DNA of 64,000 nucleotides, taken from Acidobacteriota bacterium. Its GTDB lineage: Bacteria; Acidobacteriota; UBA890; WLXD01. The notes beneath the pieces were generated by a model. The model did no database searches, was not told the origin of the DNA, and saw only the letters and a program-made list of their open reading frames with translations. Positions 59,315-64,000 of this stretch are shown here, in pieces (the first letter of the stretch is position 1; each line of letters starts with the position of its first letter). The stretch is taken from contig CAXWPH010000010.1 in the NCBI GenBank assembly GCA_963666055.2, positions 32,001 through 96,000 on the forward strand. Direction: 5' to 3'. The translations under genes and the position numbers were made by a program.

Positions 59315-59720
59315 GCTCGGCCTGACGTTCGAAGGCCCGGTCAGTCAGAATCTCGCCGATCAGAGCGATGTTGGGCACCGCCACGACAAACGCTGCGGCA
59401 CCGTCAGTACGAGTACTCACCGTGTACGAGTGCTCGATGTTGATTCCAGCCTCGCCGAGCTCCTGGGCGATCTCCGCCAGGTTGCCGGGCTCGTCGGGAA
59501 CCACCAGTCGCAGCACATCGACGAGCTCGACAGCGAACCCCGCCTCGGTCAGGAGCTCGGCGGCTCGCTCCGGGTCGCTCGCGAGGACGTGGGCAGTAGG
59601 CTCCCACACGGCGAAGCCGACGATGTTGATTCCGCTGGCGCCGAGCATCTCAGAAATCGTTCCCAACACGCCGGGCTCGTCGGCCACCCGGATCCTCAGC
59701 TCGCGCGCCGCCGCCATCAT
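59307..59720 (-). CDS. Tandem ACT domain protein
   Basis: VADEPGVLG..SGINI and VPDEPGNLA..AGINIEHSY. Confidence 0.85.
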   Translation of the reverse strand: MMAAARELRIRVADEPGVLGTISEMLGASGINIVGFAVWEPTAHVLASDPERAAELLTEAGFAVELVDVLRLVVPDEPGNLAEIAQELGEAGINIEHSYTVSTRTDGAAAFVVAVPNIALIGEILTDRAFERQAEPT

Positions 59721-59876
59721 CCCTCCACGGTGAGCCCCACCGGGCACATCGTAGCAGCCGCCCGCAGGACGTAGTAGAGGTAGGCTTTGGCCTACTTCGC
59801 AGACGCGGCCTGCCGCCGGCGATGACCTATCGTTACGACTCCGGTGGGCCTTGTTAGGCGGCAGCAGGAGGCGACG

Positions 59877-60095
59877 ATGCGGTTTCGCGTCAAAGTGAAC
59901 GCAGGCTCCAAGTCAGAGGGTGTGCGCCTGCTCGAAGAAGGCTTCTACCAGGTACGCACTCGCGCCCCGGCTGAAGGGGGAAAGGCCAACCGACGTGTGC
60001 TGGAGCTGCTGGCGCGCGAGCTCGGATGTAGCTGCGATCGCCTGCGCATCGTGGCCGGATCCAGCGGCTCGATGAAGCGGGTGGAATGGGTCTGA
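59877..60095 (+). CDS. DUF167 (YggU) family protein
   Basis: VKV..APAEGGKAN..LA..IVAG.S..K; AGGAGG RBS. Confidence 0.85.
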   Translation: MRFRVKVNAGSKSEGVRLLEEGFYQVRTRAPAEGGKANRRVLELLARELGCSCDRLRIVAGSSGSMKRVEWV

Positions 60096-60114
60096 GCCTC
60101 GCAGCGTTCCCGCG

Positions 60115-60762
60115 TCACACGAGCACAGGCCCGCGCGCAACGCGGCGCGCGAGCACCAGGCCCCACGGGCCCCAGAGTACGTACGCCATGCGGACGGGCG
60201 CCGCACCGGCGGGCACGTCCAGCATCAAGTGGGCCCCCACGGCAACGATCGACAGCACCGCGCAGGCACTCGACAGATACCCGAAGGCGCGCCCGGACGC
60301 TGAGCCGGGCTCTTTGCCGTTCGTCCGCCCTAGCACATGCCATCCGATCATCGCCCACCAGGCCCCAACGGCCAGGACAGCCATCACTTCGCTCAGCACG
60401 ATCGGCCAGTCGGCAAGATCAGCAAGCAGTCCTACACCGGACACCAGAAAGCCCGCAGCGCCGAGGAGAGCCCACGAGCGTAGCTGCCTGGCCCGACGCG
60501 GCAATACCGGCCTGGCGCCAAGTGCTACCGACGCGGCGGCCAACGCCACGGCTGCCAATGCGAACCCCCAGCCCACTACAAGTCCGGATCGGCCTGCGAG
60601 ATGGAAGAATAACGCTACCGCAGACAGGAGCGCGAGCGTACCGCCCGCAAGTGCGGAGCGCGCCACCGGCAGCTGCCAGCCAGAGGCAGGATCGTCGTCG
60701 TTCGCGGCGACCTGCGGATCGTCGCCCGCGTTTTCTGTCGAACCTTCATCGCTCGGTTGCAT
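60115..60762 (-). CDS. Hypothetical membrane protein
   Basis: Multiple hydrophobic segments. Confidence 0.6.
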   Translation of the reverse strand: MQPSDEGSTENAGDDPQVAANDDDPASGWQLPVARSALAGGTLALLSAVALFFHLAGRSGLVVGWGFALAAVALAAASVALGARPVLPRRARQLRSWALLGAAGFLVSGVGLLADLADWPIVLSEVMAVLAVGAWWAMIGWHVLGRTNGKEPGSASGRAFGYLSSACAVLSIVAVGAHLMLDVPAGAAPVRMAYVLWGPWGLVLARRVARGPVLV

Positions 60763-60871
60763 CGGTCACCGGTTGCAGGGCCGGGATCTAAGAGTACCAG
60801 CTAGTGGCGCGCGCAGCGGACGGCAAAGGCTCGGAGCGGCCGAGCGCCAGCAATGCGCCAGCGCCACGTGC

Positions 60872-61183
60872 TCAGGCGAGCAATACGAAAGCCGCTGCTG
60901 AGGCGGCGACTTGGATCGTGAAGTTGTCGAGACCGTGGTTGCTAATCGCCTTAACAAGCGCGCCGAAGACGCCGCACGCAACGCCGGTGGCCACCGCCGT
61001 CCCGGCGGAGAGCCCCTCACGGCTCAGAAGAAACTCGAGCACGTAGGCCATGTCGATGTCGTCCTCGGCTACCATCAGACGGGGAATATGCAGTGCGCGC
61101 GCGGGCTCGGCTCCTAGGGTCATCTGTAACGTCGTTCGTCCTAGGCGGGTGACCGCCTTCACATACAGGGTGTCAGCAGGCAT
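60872..61183 (-). pseudogene. Deletion fusion of a receiver-domain N-terminus and a phytol/dolichol-kinase-like C-terminus
   Basis: RLMVAEDDIDMAYVLEFLLSREG joined to ..GALVKAISNHGLDNFTIQVAAS. Confidence 0.55.
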
Positions 61184-61287
61184 GTTAGCAACGTGTATTG
61201 AATGTCAGAAGCTACTTATGATTAGGCTTAATTTTTACTAGATATTATCAATTATAATTAATCACTAAAAGATATCTGAGGCCGGCC

Positions 61288-62115
61288 ATGGACGCCGATT
61301 TCAGCGGCCTGCTTGAATTCGCTGTCTCTATGGCGCAGCAGGCGGGCCGCAAGACGCTGCGCTATTTCGACGCCACCGTGCACGTGGAGCTCAAGGCTGA
61401 TTCCACCCCGGTGACGCAGGCCGATCGCGAGGCCGAACAACTGTGTCGAGCTCTGATAGAGGCCCGCTTCCCCGACGATGGCATCGTCGGCGAGGAGTTC
61501 GGTGCCTGCCGCGCCGACGCGACGCGCCGGTGGATCATTGACCCAATCGACGGCACCAAGAGCTTCATCCGGGGCGTACCGCTGTACGGCGTGCTGATCG
61601 CACTCGAGGAGGCTGGCCGACCAGTGCTCGGCGTTGCCCACTTCCCGGCCCTCTCGGAGACGGTGGCGGCTGCCCGTGGAAGCGGCTGCTACTGGAACGG
61701 TCGCCGCGCCCGGGTATCAGAGATCGGCACTCTGAAGGACGCGCTAGTGCTGAGCACCGATGCCGAGTCGTTCGCCGAGGAGGGTCGTGGGGCGGAATGG
61801 GACCAGCTAACGACCTGCGCCGCGATGGTGCGAACGTGGGGAGACTGCTACGGGCACGCGCTCGTCGCCACCGGCCGCGCTGAAGCGATGCTCGACCCGG
61901 TTCTGGCGCTGTGGGACTCTGCGGCACTGCTCCCCATCGTCGAGGAAGCCGGCGGTGTCTTCACCGATTGGGCCGGCCGGCCGGTACATGATGGGGGGTC
62001 CGGAATCGCCACCAACGCAGCGCTGGCAAAGGAGGTTCGAGAGCTGCTCGGCGCCGGCGACTCGGTTTCCTGCAGCGGTCACGGTAGTTGCCCGCACGAC
62101 CCAATGGCACAATAG
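61288..62115 (+). CDS. hisN: Histidinol-phosphatase, inositol monophosphatase family
   Basis: KADSTPVTQADR, GEEFG, WIIDPIDGTKSF, RTWGDCYG, WDSAAL. Confidence 0.85.
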   Translation: MDADFSGLLEFAVSMAQQAGRKTLRYFDATVHVELKADSTPVTQADREAEQLCRALIEARFPDDGIVGEEFGACRADATRRWIIDPIDGTKSFIRGVPLYGVLIALEEAGRPVLGVAHFPALSETVAAARGSGCYWNGRRARVSEIGTLKDALVLSTDAESFAEEGRGAEWDQLTTCAAMVRTWGDCYGHALVATGRAEAMLDPVLALWDSAALLPIVEEAGGVFTDWAGRPVHDGGSGIATNAALAKEVRELLGAGDSVSCSGHGSCPHDPMAQ

Positions 62116-62121
62116 GCGTCC

Positions 62122-63282
62122 ATGGACCAGGAACTCGAGGAACTAGTACGCCCACGCATCGAGGACAGCTACCTCCGCATCCTCGTGGTTGAAGAGGATC
62201 CCGAGCTCAGATCCCTGGTCGTTTCCACGCTTGCCCACTTCGGGTTCGGTTGTCAGGAGGCAATCGATGCCGGTGATGCGCTGCGCATCCTGCGCGAGGC
62301 CGCTGCCGGTCGCGACGATAGCCCGCTACAACCGGAGGGCGGCACGCTCACCCCGATCGGCGGACGCTACGCCAGCCTGGCGTGCGAGTTCGGGATGGTG
62401 ATCTGTGACGTGCGGATGCCCGACCGTGACGGCCTGTGGTTTCTCGACCAGGTGCTCACCACATACCCGGACGTCTCGGTCATCATGTTGACGTCCGTGG
62501 ATCGCAGCCGTCTGGCAGTCGAGTGCCTGCGCCGCGGGGCCACCGACTACTTGGTCAAGCCCATCGACATGGACGATCTGCTGATCTCGGTCCATCAAGG
62601 GCTGGAACGGCGGCGCCTGGTGATCGAGAACCAGCTCTATCAGACGAAGCTCGAACGCATGGTTCAGGATCGGACGTTCGAGCTGCGACATACCCTCGAC
62701 AAGCTGCGAGACAGCTACAACGAGACGCTCACGGCCCTGGCGGCCGCGCTGGACGCACGCGAGCAGGAGACTGCCAACCACTCCGTGCGTGTTTCCGAGG
62801 GCTGCACCCGGCTGCTCCGTCGGCTCGGCATAGACGATGACGAAACGCTACGAGTGATCGAGGCCGGGGCGTTGCTGCATGACATCGGCAAGATCGGCAT
62901 TCCCGACTCGATCTTGCTCAAGGAGGGTCCGTTGGACGTCAGCGAGCGCGCCGTGATGAAGCGCCACCCGCAGATCGGCTACGACATGCTGCGCGGCATC
63001 CGCTTCCTCGACCCGTCGTTAGAGCTCGTCCTTTACCACCAAGAGCGCTACGACGGCACGGGGTATCCGCATGGCCTGGCCGGTGAGCACATCCCCCTGG
63101 CGGCGCGCGCCTTCGCAGTCGTAGACGCATGGGACGCGATGACCAACACCCGCCCCTACCGTCAGGCAATGACGGCAAAGCTGGCAGCAGAGGAGCTGCG
63201 TTCGTGCGCCGGCGCGCACTTTGACCCGGTGGTCGTCGAGGCGTTCCTCGATATGAAACGCTCCGAAGGGGCCCTCATCTGA
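62122..63282 (+). CDS. Response regulator with an HD-GYP phosphodiesterase domain (RpfG-like)
   Basis: REC domain (CDVRMP, DYLVKP), LLHDIGKIG, HQERYDGTGYP. Confidence 0.93.
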   Translation: MDQELEELVRPRIEDSYLRILVVEEDPELRSLVVSTLAHFGFGCQEAIDAGDALRILREAAAGRDDSPLQPEGGTLTPIGGRYASLACEFGMVICDVRMPDRDGLWFLDQVLTTYPDVSVIMLTSVDRSRLAVECLRRGATDYLVKPIDMDDLLISVHQGLERRRLVIENQLYQTKLERMVQDRTFELRHTLDKLRDSYNETLTALAAALDAREQETANHSVRVSEGCTRLLRRLGIDDDETLRVIEAGALLHDIGKIGIPDSILLKEGPLDVSERAVMKRHPQIGYDMLRGIRFLDPSLELVLYHQERYDGTGYPHGLAGEHIPLAARAFAVVDAWDAMTNTRPYRQAMTAKLAAEELRSCAGAHFDPVVVEAFLDMKRSEGALI

Positions 63283-64000
63283 GCCCGCCGAGCCAGCGAG
63301 CGCCGCGCAGAGAGCTGTTCGCCTGGTGCACCTTCGACTTCGCGAACTCCGGATACACGACCGTCATCATCACGGCCGTCTATAGCGTCTACTTTGTCAG
63401 CGTCGTGGCCGAGAACCGCCCCGAGGCTACCCTCGTATGGACGCTGGCGCTCTCGGTTTCCTACCTGCTCGTGCTCCTCACCGCGCCGTTGCTGGGTGCC
63501 ATCGCCGACTACTCGGCCTGCAAGAAGCGGCTGCTCGTCTGGACCACCAGCTTGTGCGTGCTCGCCACGGCTGCGCTGGTGACAACCGGGCGGGGTGATA
63601 TCTGGCTCGCCTGCGGCTTGATCATCGTGTCCAACACCTTCTACGCGGCGGGCGAGAACCTGATCGCCGCCTTCTTGCCCGACCTGGCGCCACCCGAGGA
63701 CATAGGGAAGCTGTCTGGATACGGTTGGGCCTGGGGTTACATTGGCGGGCTGGTGGCGCTGGCGCTGTGCTTGGTTTACATACGAACGGCTGTTGCTGGC
63801 GGCGCGCTGGAGGAAGAGGTTGTCCCGAACACCGCATTGATCGTCGCAGGCCTGTTCGCGGCGGCCGTAGTGCCGTCCTTCCTATGGCTTCGTGAGCCCC
63901 GCGCCAGCGGTCAGCTGGACAGCGTTTCGGAGTATGTTCGGGTAGGCTTCGCGCGCCTCCGGACGACACTACGAGAAGCGCGCCGATTCGACGACCTGTT
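63279..64000 (+). CDS. MFS transporter (UMF1/ATG22-like), runs off the window end
   Basis: Frame from 63279: RELFAWCTFDFANSGYTTVIITAV..APLLGAIAD..AAFLPDLA..SGYGWAWGY. Start uncertain, probably CTG overlapping the upstream TGA. Confidence 0.85.
   Translation, partial: MSPPSQRAPRRELFAWCTFDFANSGYTTVIITAVYSVYFVSVVAENRPEATLVWTLALSVSYLLVLLTAPLLGAIADYSACKKRLLVWTTSLCVLATAALVTTGRGDIWLACGLIIVSNTFYAAGENLIAAFLPDLAPPEDIGKLSGYGWAWGYIGGLVALALCLVYIRTAVAGGALEEEVVPNTALIVAGLFAAAVVPSFLWLREPRASGQLDSVSEYVRVGFARLRTTLREARRFDDL

Noticed and set aside
1-64000. tRNA or rRNA genes
   Set aside because: No cloverleaf with T-loop consensus or rRNA signature was recognised; tRNAscan-SE and barrnap would be decisive.

Overview
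High-GC bacterial DNA; the gene content (VPS10/BNR protein, DUF1592-DUF1552-ankyrin operon, S9/M24 peptidases) suggests an Acidobacteriota- or Gemmatimonadota-like organism, but that is inference only. The first 8.4 kb is a scrapyard of truncated and fused fragments (IS3, IS1595, P450, TonB receptor, autotransporter, DUF3631, selO). It is followed by mrp, moaA, a frameshifted ilvD, an apparently intact IS5, and a decayed integron (intI remnant with its catalytic Tyr codon changed to TAG, plus cassette-like genes with attC half-sites). There are three toxin-antitoxin modules (mazEF, vapBC, hipBA), each with a visible palindromic operator, and a block of secreted and metabolic genes. A 271-bp CTAG-targeting, highly structured MITE occurs five times. 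The best candidate for an undescribed system is at about 54.6-59.3 kb. There, a sigma54 (-24/-12) promoter precedes a secreted 45-aa, 8-cysteine peptide, a membrane-anchored CPFC thioredoxin-like protein (frameshifted) and two stand-alone zinc-finger anti-sigma (ZAS) microproteins. The operon is flanked by an ECF sigma/ZAS-TM anti-sigma pair, a divergent sensor-less GAFTGA enhancer-binding protein (truncated) and a stand-alone AraC. All family assignments come from motif recognition by eye, not from database searches.
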